From a virus, in IMG/VR virus record IMGVR_UViG_3300035211_000053, positions 2,481 to 66,480 of that record: 64,000 bases of DNA. One strand, 5' to 3'. A program made the translations under genes and the position numbers. The notes beneath the pieces were generated by a model. The model did not search any database. It worked only from the letters and a program-made list of their open reading frames with translations, and was not told the DNA's origin. Positions 1 to 7,775 of the stretch are shown here, piece by piece (the first letter of the stretch is position 1; every line of letters starts with the position of its first letter).

Positions 1-90
1 GCGGTTGCCCAACTGAAGAGTCTGGACAGGCAGCGCACCAAGCTGGAAGCGTTGGCATACGAGCCGAAGTGGGCAGGAGACCCGCCATGA
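1..90 (+). CDS. 3' end of a hypothetical protein (truncated by window edge)
   Basis: Open frame AVAQLKSLDRQRTKLEALAYEPKWAGDPP*; its stop overlaps the next start (ATGA at 87-90). Confidence 0.55.
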   Translation, partial: AVAQLKSLDRQRTKLEALAYEPKWAGDPP

Positions 91-293
91 TCCGAATCCG
101 CGTACCAAGACACACATCGCCCGAAGCCATCGCGGCTCTGGGCCTGGCATTCGACCAAGTCGAGATCGAGCCTCACGACGGCCCGCTCGAGGCCGAGGGC
201 GACGACGAGACTACGGAGGCCGATGCGCTTGCAGTGGCGCAGGTCTTCCTGGACTCGATACCGCCTAGGCCCATGACAGACGATGCTGCCTGA
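87..293 (+). CDS. Hypothetical acidic protein
   Basis: GGAGA RBS, ATGA overlap upstream, TGATG coupling to the next ORF. Confidence 0.65.
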   Translation: MIRIRVPRHTSPEAIAALGLAFDQVEIEPHDGPLEAEGDDETTEADALAVAQVFLDSIPPRPMTDDAA

Positions 294-490
294 TGGCCTA
301 CCACCGCCGCCCAGAGCGCTACCAGGCCTGCCCACACACGAGATACGCTACCGTGTGGGTGAGCGGCCAGATGCGCGAGCTCGAGTGCATCCACCGGCCA
401 GGCTGCCGGCACAGGTGGATCGTCATCGGGCCACTGCCACTAGCTTGGACCATAAAACAGCAGATCAAGCACGCGCTAGGGAGACGCTAA
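293..490 (+). CDS. Hypothetical protein
   Basis: TGATG-coupled 65-aa ORF. Confidence 0.55.
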   Translation: MAYHRRPERYQACPHTRYATVWVSGQMRELECIHRPGCRHRWIVIGPLPLAWTIKQQIKHALGRR

Positions 491-590
491 CACCGGCCGG
501 CCGCCACCTGCCTCTTGACTAGCCGGACAACTGGGTGCACACTTGGCCCATGAGCACAAGCTGACGGGCCGCCCTGGTGGCCCAGGAGAC

Positions 591-779
591 ATGACCATGA
601 CCCAGGCCACAGACGAAAGACAGGAAGACAGGCGAGCGGCGGCCGTGCGGCGCCTCCAGGGGGCCGTAGACGTCCTTCTGGCAGTCGGGACGCTCTGGGC
701 CATCGAAGCCACGGCGGCCTTCTGTGAGCGTGCTGTGGGGCTGCGCGAGGCGCTTTTCGAGCGTGGGCGGGCGGCGTGA
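591..779 (+). CDS. Hypothetical protein
   Basis: AGGAG RBS before ATG 591; GTGA overlap with the next ORF. Confidence 0.55.
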   Translation: MTMTQATDERQEDRRAAAVRRLQGAVDVLLAVGTLWAIEATAAFCERAVGLREALFERGRAA

Positions 780-1069
780 GCAACCAGTGCCGGGCAGTAG
801 TAGTATACCCCGATGGCCGTGCCCACAGGTGCCACATGCCAGCCGTCGAGCCCTTCGAGGACGAGCCTGGAGAACCACCGATTGTGCCCACATTGTGCGA
901 CTACCATCTAGAAATGGCTGTCGTAGAGGGCATCCCGGTACCTGAATCTGAGGACTTGTCGAAGCAGCCGAATGGAGTCGAGCTTCTGGCTGCCATTGCC
1001 AGAGGCTTGAGTCACGCCACCACATTTGACATGGTTGGAAAACACACTGATTGGATGTTTTGGGTGTGA
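776..1069 (+). CDS. Hypothetical protein with Cys/His residues
   Basis: 97-aa ORF coupled by GTGA; C..C..CxxH pattern. Confidence 0.6.
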   Translation: MSNQCRAVVVYPDGRAHRCHMPAVEPFEDEPGEPPIVPTLCDYHLEMAVVEGIPVPESEDLSKQPNGVELLAAIARGLSHATTFDMVGKHTDWMFWV

Positions 1070-1114
1070 TCCCCGAGGCCTTAACCGGCCCAGCGGCCCC
1101 GCCGTACTACAGTC

Positions 1115-1297
1115 ATGAGCCACGCAATGACCCCGCCGCCGTCCCTGAGCCTTGAGGGGTACGCCCGCGCCCTCGGCGCCGACGAACCACGCATCGTGGC
1201 GCCCAGAGCCATTGTCATCGTCAGTGTGCAGTCTCGCGCCGGGCGCGTTCCCGTGCCGCGCTCGCCGGTCCCGGACGGCAGGACGGTGCCGGAGTGA
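1115..1297 (+). CDS. Possible small hypothetical protein
   Basis: 60-aa ORF with no clear RBS, directly before the structured region. Confidence 0.3.
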   Translation: MSHAMTPPPSLSLEGYARALGADEPRIVAPRAIVIVSVQSRAGRVPVPRSPVPDGRTVPE

Positions 1298-1860
1298 CTC
1301 TCATCCAAGGCCCATCTGGACCTTGAGTGGCCAAACCGCTGGCAGACCGGTAAGAGAGGAAGTCTGCCAACCTACCGCTGGCCACCCACAGGGATCCAAA
1401 TAAACGCCCAGCCTAGGACCTTGACCAAGGCCTCCTCCGCCGCTTGTCTTGTCGCAGCTGCCGTCTACTGCTACTCGGGGTCCCTGGTCATTTCAGGTCC
1501 GAGCTCTGATAGGCGGGCGATTCTTGGGCCACTCCCAGGCTGGCAGAGTGCCGGGAGACCGGGACACCGCACGGGCTTCTTGGCGACGTTCGCGTGCGAC
1601 CCCCAACCAAAGGTAAAGTACCGGTTGGCCTGCCAGTGCCGAAGGCTTTCGTCACGACGGCACGTCCACCCATTTCGGCCGCAGCCGTGCCCCTCGACAG
1701 CAGGGACGATTTGGCGCCAGTGGACAAGCGCTTCGAGGCCCGGGTTGACGGGCCCTGTGAATCGTGGGAAAGTCCAACTACACATACTGTCGCCCGTAAG
1801 GGTCCCACAGGGCCGGTAGCTCGTCAAGACTTCCGGCCCGTGGTTTTCGTGTGCTCTTGA
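1291..1860 (+). ncRNA. Candidate large structured non-coding RNA (unassigned family)
   Basis: Many nested helices (e.g. 1340-1347/1362-1369, 1327-1333/1379-1385, 1416-1427/1485-1500, 1540-1546/1630-1636, 1751-1759/1806-1814), GAGA/GUAA/UUCG tetraloops on + strand, no convincing ORF. Confidence 0.55.
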
Positions 1861-1861
1861 C

Positions 1862-1900
1862 AAAATCAAAAGCCCCGGCAGCCGTGAGGCCACCGGGGCG
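1862..1900 (-). terminator. Intrinsic terminator closing the late/lysis operon
   Basis: GC stem GCCCCGG 1872-1878 / CCGGGGC 1893-1899 followed on the minus strand by TTTTGATTTT, just after the last minus-strand CDS. Confidence 0.7.
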
Positions 1901-1920
1901 AGGAAGAGCCGTGCTTCAAG

Positions 1921-2427
1921 TCAGCGTAGCACGCCGAGCATCCTGTGCCACAGGGGGACGCGCCGGCGGGCCCAGGGTTTGATGACGCCAGAAATGCCCC
2001 CCTGTGCCTGGAATCCGCCAGCTGGAGTACCCCAGCGACCGAGCCCCCAACGCCAGCCTCTGAGAGCACAGCGGACACCTGCCTCGTAGCGGGCAACGTC
2101 AGAGAGCTGTGGACGCCAGACGTCGCGGCATGCTTTCGTTGCATGCCTTTTGGTCTGAAGTGGCCCGGCCGAAGTTCCCTCATCGCATTGCATGCCCTCT
2201 GGCATGTCACCGCAGCGCCATTCCAAAACCGCTCTAGCCAATCGGGTTTCGTGGTAGGCCTGGGCAGCAGCAAACGCCCGCTCCCCCGGGTCATCAGTCG
2301 CTTGGCAGATCGCCACCGCCACCGGCCTGTATAGCGCCTCACGAGCCTCAGGGGTATCGTGGCGGTCCCCGTACCAGGGGGCGAGCGTCATCCACACCCC
2401 CAGGATGGCCGCGACGCAGTCACCCAC
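1921..2427 (-). CDS. Lysozyme-fold / lytic transglycosylase-like protein
   Basis: AYHET (catalytic-Glu-like) and SAGPLQ motifs typical of the SLT/lysozyme superfamily; hydrophobic N-terminus; GGAGG RBS. Confidence 0.55.
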   Translation of the reverse strand: MGDCVAAILGVWMTLAPWYGDRHDTPEAREALYRPVAVAICQATDDPGERAFAAAQAYHETRLARAVLEWRCGDMPEGMQCDEGTSAGPLQTKRHATKACRDVWRPQLSDVARYEAGVRCALRGWRWGLGRWGTPAGGFQAQGGISGVIKPWARRRVPLWHRMLGVLR

Positions 2428-2503
2428 GGCTATCCTCCCAGATCAGCCACGCCACCAGAATGAGCGCCCAAAACCCTGCTGAGATCCCGATCCAGAACGT
2501 CAT
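2420..2503 (-). CDS. Small single-TM peptide (27 aa)
   Basis: MTFWIGISAGFWALILVAWLIWEDSRG fills the gap with ATGA overlap; below the ORF-track cutoff. Confidence 0.5.
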   Translation of the reverse strand: MTFWIGISAGFWALILVAWLIWEDSRG

Positions 2504-2880
2504 CTTGGTTTCACCCCCCGCGCCTCATCTAGTCGCCACATTGCCAGCTTCTGAAACTCGCGGTCGAGCTCGTGCTGCTTATCGGCAAGCCTCTGGTCGG
2601 CAGCCCTAAGTTCCCCGTGCTCCGCGCGCGCGTCCATCACAACCATCCTGGCAGCTGACTCGCACTTGCGTTCCGCCCCAGCTGTCGTCGCATCCCGGAA
2701 TAAACTGGCGGCCAAAGTGAGCAGCGCACCAACCAGGGTAGCCACGCCCGCGTAAATCCGACCCCGCTGCTTATGCGCATCGATGTGCTGCACCAGGATC
2801 GTATGCGAGCGCTCGAGCTTCTGGTCCAGATGCCCGACTGACTCTGCACGGCCCATGGCAGTGAGATCGTCTTCAGCCAT
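2500..2880 (-). CDS. Membrane-anchored coiled-coil protein
   Basis: One TM segment IYAGVATLVGALLTLAASLF followed by a helical charged region. Confidence 0.65.
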   Translation of the reverse strand: MAEDDLTAMGRAESVGHLDQKLERSHTILVQHIDAHKQRGRIYAGVATLVGALLTLAASLFRDATTAGAERKCESAARMVVMDARAEHGELRAADQRLADKQHELDREFQKLAMWRLDEARGVKPR

Positions 2881-3241
2881 GATGAGCTCCATTCTGGCAC
2901 TGTGGGCATCGTGCTCTCAGTGCTTTCACGTCCGCTTCAACCGCACGCAGCTGCCGTCGCAACTCATGCGGTTCCCCCAGTCTATCCGCCAATTGGTGGA
3001 GAGCGCGCGCCACTTGTCCGAATTCGTCTTTGATGGCCACGGCAAGATGACCCTGCATCGTTGCAAACCGCACGTCGAGACTCCGCTCTATACGCGCCAA
3101 CAACGCGGCATGTGCCGGATCGTCGATCGGATCAGACCCCGGTGGGCTCGTATCACGCATCGTGTCGCGGTCCTCCAGTTCTGGCATCAGTGGCGGGGCC
3201 GGCAACTTGTCTGGCACGCTGGATTCGTTGGGTTTGGTCAT
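2873..3241 (-). CDS. Hypothetical coiled-coil protein with C-terminal CPxC
   Basis: Start at MTKPNE (ATGA overlap); heptad-like C-half. Confidence 0.65.
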   Translation of the reverse strand: MTKPNESSVPDKLPAPPLMPELEDRDTMRDTSPPGSDPIDDPAHAALLARIERSLDVRFATMQGHLAVAIKDEFGQVARALHQLADRLGEPHELRRQLRAVEADVKALRARCPQCQNGAHHG

Positions 3242-3540
3242 GATCCGAGTCGATTTCGCATGAGGTGATTGAACCGCTCCTCCCCCTGCTGACGAGCCAG
3301 CTCGGCCTTGAGACGCTCGCACTCGGCAAGCGCTTCGGCCCTGAGCTTCCGCTCTCGAGTCGCCTGTGCTCGGGCCCGGTCCAACTTTACACCCATGTCC
3401 TCGAGCTCGCGGTCACGCTCTTCGAGCTCGTGGGTCAGTTCCTCGCAATGCGCACACGGGACGATTGTCGGCCAGAGCGGATTGAGTGACGGGTCTTGGG
3501 CGAAGGTTATCACTGTGGACACGGTTTTTTGGTTGCTCAT
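3238..3540 (-). CDS. Hypothetical coiled-coil protein
   Basis: 100-aa ORF with CxxC followed by E/R/L-rich helix. Confidence 0.65.
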   Translation of the reverse strand: MSNQKTVSTVITFAQDPSLNPLWPTIVPCAHCEELTHELEERDRELEDMGVKLDRARAQATRERKLRAEALAECERLKAELARQQGEERFNHLMRNRLGS

Positions 3541-3562
3541 GCTCGAAGCTCGCTTCCTCTCG

Positions 3563-3808
3563 CTAGAATATCGGCCGCTCCGGGTCGTGCTCTTCCAGCC
3601 AGTCGCCGAACTGACACCACTCGTCGCTTGGCCTATCGCAGTCGATCTCCTCCTCCGGAGTCACCTCGCTGAACTCTCGGCGCTCTTGCCGACGCAGCTC
3701 GTCACGACCAGTGCTACGGTTGTTGAAACGCCTTCTGCCGTGGTAGTTGTCGACACCTCCGACCAACCACTTGCCGCGCGTCGTCGTTTCGGTGCCGTTG
3801 GGTTTCAT
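3563..3808 (-). CDS. Hypothetical protein
   Basis: ATGA-coupled 81-aa ORF. Confidence 0.55.
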   Translation of the reverse strand: MKPNGTETTTRGKWLVGGVDNYHGRRRFNNRSTGRDELRRQERREFSEVTPEEEIDCDRPSDEWCQFGDWLEEHDPERPIF

Positions 3809-4038
3809 GACACCAGACCCCCGATCGCGATGAAGGCTCCGTCATTGATGGCCGCCAGAACATCGTCTGCCGTTGATGCGATGTCGTGGTCGACAGCTTC
3901 CTCGCAGTAAGGGCAGGTGTAGCGTGTATCATCCGCGCTACCGTCCCAGTCCAACGTATCGGGTAGCTCGTGGCGCCACACCCAGCCGGCGCCTTTGCAG
4001 ACTTCGCAATCCGGACTGCCACAATCTTTGCGTTTCAC
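3805..4038 (-). CDS. Small Zn-finger protein
   Basis: CxxxxCxxCxG...CPxC; GTGA overlap with the endolysin stop. Confidence 0.6.
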   Translation of the reverse strand: MKRKDCGSPDCEVCKGAGWVWRHELPDTLDWDGSADDTRYTCPYCEEAVDHDIASTADDVLAAINDGAFIAIGGLVS

Positions 4039-4808
4039 CGGTCGATGTCCTTGAGCTGCTGATCGCGTTCCCGCCGCATCTGTGCCCAATCGTCATCGGT
4101 GAGGTTGAGCTCGAAGAGATGCGGCTCTGGAACCTCTGGGTTCTGTGGCAGGACGGGATCGACTTCAGGATCGAGAATGAGCGGAAGCGCCCCGGTGCAT
4201 AGGTCATGGTCGATTGCGTTTGGAGCGTTGACCTGGCCCTGATGCAGCGCCCCGCGGTCCCAGGGTCCCACGCGGTACTGGATGAGAGCCGGGCGCACCC
4301 CGCCGGGACTCGCATAGACTCCGGGTGTCGTCCGCCAATGGGCCACCCATAGCGGGACCTCAAGCACCCACGACGGCTTGCCAAGCAGCGACCAGTCACG
4401 CTGGGTTATGTAGAGCCCGCAACCCCCATGCACCTCCGCGATCATCTCTCGGACCGCATAGAGCTTCTCGTCCCATGACGGGCGCGGCGGGTTGCTGCCC
4501 TTGCCGCTCGAGTCCTCGACGTCGATCCAGGGAATCAGATCTCCAGGGGCCAGATCGCATCTGGCGGCGATGTCGAGAAACGCTGTGGTCTGTTCGCCGA
4601 CCGACAGCCAATCCGCGAAGAAGTGGTAGAGTCCTACCTTGCACGACCGCTTGCGGAGCGCCTCAATATGCTCGACCGCTCTCTTGTCTACGCGCGCTCC
4701 GAACGTGGCCCGGCAGATCACGAAGTCAGCAAGCTGCGGGATCTGCCAGGTACCCTGGTACTGCGAAACGTCGACGCCGTGGAGCGCGAAGTCGGAAGGG
4801 GCCGTCAC
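4035..4808 (-). CDS. Endolysin, GH25 muramidase
   Basis: GVDVSQYQG N-terminal motif, GLYHF, WIDVED (DxE), LWVAHW, D-x-D near the end. Confidence 0.9.
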   Translation of the reverse strand: MTAPSDFALHGVDVSQYQGTWQIPQLADFVICRATFGARVDKRAVEHIEALRKRSCKVGLYHFFADWLSVGEQTTAFLDIAARCDLAPGDLIPWIDVEDSSGKGSNPPRPSWDEKLYAVREMIAEVHGGCGLYITQRDWSLLGKPSWVLEVPLWVAHWRTTPGVYASPGGVRPALIQYRVGPWDRGALHQGQVNAPNAIDHDLCTGALPLILDPEVDPVLPQNPEVPEPHLFELNLTDDDWAQMRRERDQQLKDIDR

Positions 4809-5548
4809 ACCGTCACCTTCTGCAAGTCGTCATTGCATCGCTTCAGGTCGAAGCCTGGTGGGCTCCTGCCACCGGCAAACATTTCGCTGCTCAGTAGAGC
4901 GTATGCCTCGTCCACGCACTTCTGCCACCATCCCCACGTGACTCTCTGGTGGCGTCCCCACGTGATGACGCTGAGTCCTTCCGTGTCGCAATCTGTGGCG
5001 AACATCGCGTGCCCACCGAGCACGTCATCTCCGGGTGATGGGGCATCCCAGACGTCCGCCCCACGAATCGATTCAAACAGCGTGGCGCCGAAGTAGAGCC
5101 CTCCAAAGAGCCAGATAGCCATCTTGACCATCGTGAGATGGAGACGCTGCACCTCGACGTACGCCAAGATCCGGTGGCCTCCGAGTCCAGTGTGGCGTAG
5201 ATGGTTGCAACCGGTGACCATGTAGGCGCCGCGGTCGGTCTCGGGTTGCCCCGGGACATATCCGCTGATCGCGCTGTACATGGTGATGACGTCGTCATCG
5301 CTGACCGTGACGGCATTCTCCGGTCTGTGCGCATTCCCCGTCCACGACTGGATCGCGTGCCCGGCAGCCGCAGCGACGCAATTGCCCAGCCGATCGTTGG
5401 CCATCATCCCGAGATCTTCCGGGCACCAACGTGACCACTGGAAGGCTGTCGGAAGCACGGGCAGCCGAGACGACATGTAGTCCGACAGCTTGAGCGTGCG
5501 CGGATCGATCTTTGGAGGGAGTTTGCCAAGTTTTCCGATGATGCTCAT
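4805..5548 (-). CDS. Papain-like (C1-type) cysteine peptidase
   Basis: NDRLGNCVAAA (catalytic Cys), GGHAM (His) and ITWG motifs; real start MSIIGK at 5548 after GGAGG. Confidence 0.7.
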   Translation of the reverse strand: MSIIGKLGKLPPKIDPRTLKLSDYMSSRLPVLPTAFQWSRWCPEDLGMMANDRLGNCVAAAAGHAIQSWTGNAHRPENAVTVSDDDVITMYSAISGYVPGQPETDRGAYMVTGCNHLRHTGLGGHRILAYVEVQRLHLTMVKMAIWLFGGLYFGATLFESIRGADVWDAPSPGDDVLGGHAMFATDCDTEGLSVITWGRHQRVTWGWWQKCVDEAYALLSSEMFAGGRSPPGFDLKRCNDDLQKVTV

Positions 5549-5928
5549 TGGATCCTCCCGCACGCTACCGAACCGCAATTCTGGACTGTGGCCTTGTCTT
5601 TCGCGTGAATCACGCAACTCATGTCCAAGGTCGTACGGCCCTGGGCCTCGAGCTGCATGATGGTGCGGGTCTCCTTCAGGCAGGCGGTCCCGCCACTCCC
5701 TTCGGGGCAGCCAACTTCCGCTAGGCGACGACAGAACGCGACCTCTGGAGCCTCGACCCCGCCGGTGCCCACGTTCCCCCCGGTGCCCGGGGCTCCGCCT
5801 GTCGCTGGCTGGGCCCCGCCAGTGGCAGGGACCGGACCGGGCGGAACAGGAGCAGGATCCTCGCAACTAGCTGCCAGGAGAAAGGCCAGAGCCCACGGAA
5901 TGGCAGCCAAGATGAACGCCCGGATCAT
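5545..5928 (-). CDS. Lipoprotein with Gly/Thr/Pro linker and Cys-rich domain
   Basis: Signal peptide with lipobox LAASC, repeated xTGG linker, six further Cys. Confidence 0.75.
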   Translation of the reverse strand: MIRAFILAAIPWALAFLLAASCEDPAPVPPGPVPATGGAQPATGGAPGTGGNVGTGGVEAPEVAFCRRLAEVGCPEGSGGTACLKETRTIMQLEAQGRTTLDMSCVIHAKDKATVQNCGSVACGRIQ

Positions 5929-5942
5929 ACCGCGGCCCTCGT

Positions 5943-6623
5943 CTACTGCGAACATTCTCGAGCCCAGCTCTCAGCCGCACCCTCGGAAAGGTACTCGGCA
6001 CCTGCTGCTGCTGCAGCCGTGACGGCTGTGCCAGCGGCAAGCCCGATCCTCGCCGTCTTGTCGTCGACAGGAATGGCCGAAAGACCTTGGGCACCCGCCA
6101 AGACGGCCGATACCTTGGCGACTCCGCCCCAGGTTCGGTGTTGGTTGTCGAGCGACTGGCACCGCTCCGACGGGGCAACGGCCACGGACTTGTCTGGGCT
6201 ACGAGCGCGCAACCCGGCGAGCCGAGCTTCCTCAAATGAGCCAGCGCAGCCGACTACCAGAACGCTGAGCAACAGAAAGCTAGCCACTGTCGTTTTTCCG
6301 GCTTTTCGCGCACGCCTCGACTTGCCGCCAACGGCCTGAGCTCCAACGTGCACGACGTTCGCGCCTGCGCCCGCAACGCTCCCGTTGATGACCGCCACGC
6401 TGGCGACGAGCCACCACGGCGTCAAACCCTGGTCCATCGCGAAGACCGCCAGCAGCCCAATCGTCAGCACGAGCGCTGGCACCGCCGACCATTTGCCGGG
6501 CAACATCTTTGGCCCGACGCCCGTGTAATGCTCGAAGAGCGCAATGGCTGCCGTCACATATCCCGTAGCCTCGAGCGTGTGCACGGCATTCGCCATGACT
6601 GCGTTGCTGATGAGTTCTATCAT
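5943..6623 (-). CDS. Holin-like multi-TM protein fused to a lipoprotein/spanin-like domain
   Basis: 2-3 N-terminal hydrophobic helices, basic linker, internal lipobox LVVGC, C-terminal Ala-rich hydrophobic helices; AGGAG RBS. Confidence 0.55.
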   Translation of the reverse strand: MIELISNAVMANAVHTLEATGYVTAAIALFEHYTGVGPKMLPGKWSAVPALVLTIGLLAVFAMDQGLTPWWLVASVAVINGSVAGAGANVVHVGAQAVGGKSRRARKAGKTTVASFLLLSVLVVGCAGSFEEARLAGLRARSPDKSVAVAPSERCQSLDNQHRTWGGVAKVSAVLAGAQGLSAIPVDDKTARIGLAAGTAVTAAAAAGAEYLSEGAAESWARECSQ

Positions 6624-6624
6624 G

Positions 6625-7224
6625 TCATTCTCCTGCCGGCCGAGCCGGCTCAGTCCTCTGCGTTCCAATCGACGCACATTGTGCCATCGCTGGATCGTAC
6701 CACGGATTGCAGGCGAGCCACAGGCTGGCCAGTACCGTGCCGATCATCCGCTGATCGTCGGCCACAATGACGAGGTCGGTCTTGCCGTCACCTGTCGCCC
6801 GGTAGACACCGCGCCACGTACACGGGCAGCCGGTGTCCTGCCCTTTGTCCTCGCAGCCCTGTGGAGGAGCGAGCACCTTCTCGAGCGTCCTCCACCCGGG
6901 CAACGCGCACGAGTCACGAGACTGGCCCAGCACGACGACGAAATCCTGCGGCTTCGAAGTCTCTACGTCGAAGGCGCAGCCAGCCAGCTTGGTCCGCACC
7001 CAAGGCGGCAACGCGGCGACGCATGCCGCGACCTCCGTGTAGACAGCGTCCAGGTGTGCTGGGTCTGCCGGGCCCTGATACCTGATGCCAAGCGGCGTGA
7101 CACCGTCCACGCGATACGCACGCTCCACCTCGCTCAACGTCGGGTAAAACGCTTCCACGTGTCGCTGCCGGTCGCTGATGGGCGAGCAGGCGAGTAGAGC
7201 TGCAGCAAAGAGCCAACGCATCAT
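6625..7224 (-). CDS. Cys-rich lipoprotein
   Basis: MMRWLFAAALLAC lipobox; multiple paired Cys. Confidence 0.7.
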   Translation of the reverse strand: MMRWLFAAALLACSPISDRQRHVEAFYPTLSEVERAYRVDGVTPLGIRYQGPADPAHLDAVYTEVAACVAALPPWVRTKLAGCAFDVETSKPQDFVVVLGQSRDSCALPGWRTLEKVLAPPQGCEDKGQDTGCPCTWRGVYRATGDGKTDLVIVADDQRMIGTVLASLWLACNPWYDPAMAQCASIGTQRTEPARPAGE

Positions 7225-7775
7225 TCTGCCGGCAGCACACGCAATGCTGTCCACTGGGCCGAGAACACTTCCATGTTGCTTGTGAGGCCGTTGCCGGTTC
7301 TGGCCACGATACGCAGCACGTCACCCTCCTGCAGCTGGACCAGGTCGCTTGCCGAACAGCTCGAGAGTATGCCGCCCTCACAGCGCGACTCTACGGTCTG
7401 TACATGAACTCCGCTACGATTGCGGTTGATGGCTATCTCGGTATCCTCACTGGCGGTCAGGCTTGCGTGATACTTCAGCTCGTACCACCCATCCCCCCCA
7501 GATTCGACTGTCAGCGTACCGCTGTCCAGGTCTGGAGTGAGCCCACGCCCACCAGTCTCAGGTGTGGCGCTACCGGTATCGAACCAGTCTGTGGCCTGCC
7601 ACGTTGTACCAGTGACGCTATCGGACACACCGCTTGCTCCCTGGCTCGGTAGGCGCATCGCCGCCCCGGCCTCGACCGAGTCAAGACCAGCTATGATGTC
7701 GAGATACCCCAACGTCCTCAAGGCGGCTTTCGCTGCCAAGGTGGCCACCAACTGAACTCTGCTAGGAACGCTCAT
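7221..7775 (-). CDS. C1q/TNF-like beta-sandwich fibre protein
   Basis: SGTLTV..GDGWYELKYHAS and LVQLQEGDVLRI patterns resemble C1q/BclA C-terminal domains; start MSVPSR at 7775. Confidence 0.6.
   Translation of the reverse strand: MSVPSRVQLVATLAAKAALRTLGYLDIIAGLDSVEAGAAMRLPSQGASGVSDSVTGTTWQATDWFDTGSATPETGGRGLTPDLDSGTLTVESGGDGWYELKYHASLTASEDTEIAINRNRSGVHVQTVESRCEGGILSSCSASDLVQLQEGDVLRIVARTGNGLTSNMEVFSAQWTALRVLPAE

Noticed and set aside
1355-1780. RNase P-like strings GAGGAAGTC (~1356) and GGGAAAGTCC (~1766)
   Set aside because: No complementary 3' P4 strand (ACAGAA-CCCGGCTTA-like) found at the expected place; not called RNase P
1421-1893. ORF-track entries 1421..1819(+), 1471..1893(-), 1488..1808(-), 1594..1860(+)
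   Set aside because: No RBS or coupling, no motifs, mutually overlapping; typical GC-rich shadow ORFs
1905-1945. GAGCCGTG...GCACG resembling group II intron domain V
   Set aside because: Pairing is poor, it overlaps a CDS stop and lies past the terminator; no intron RT present
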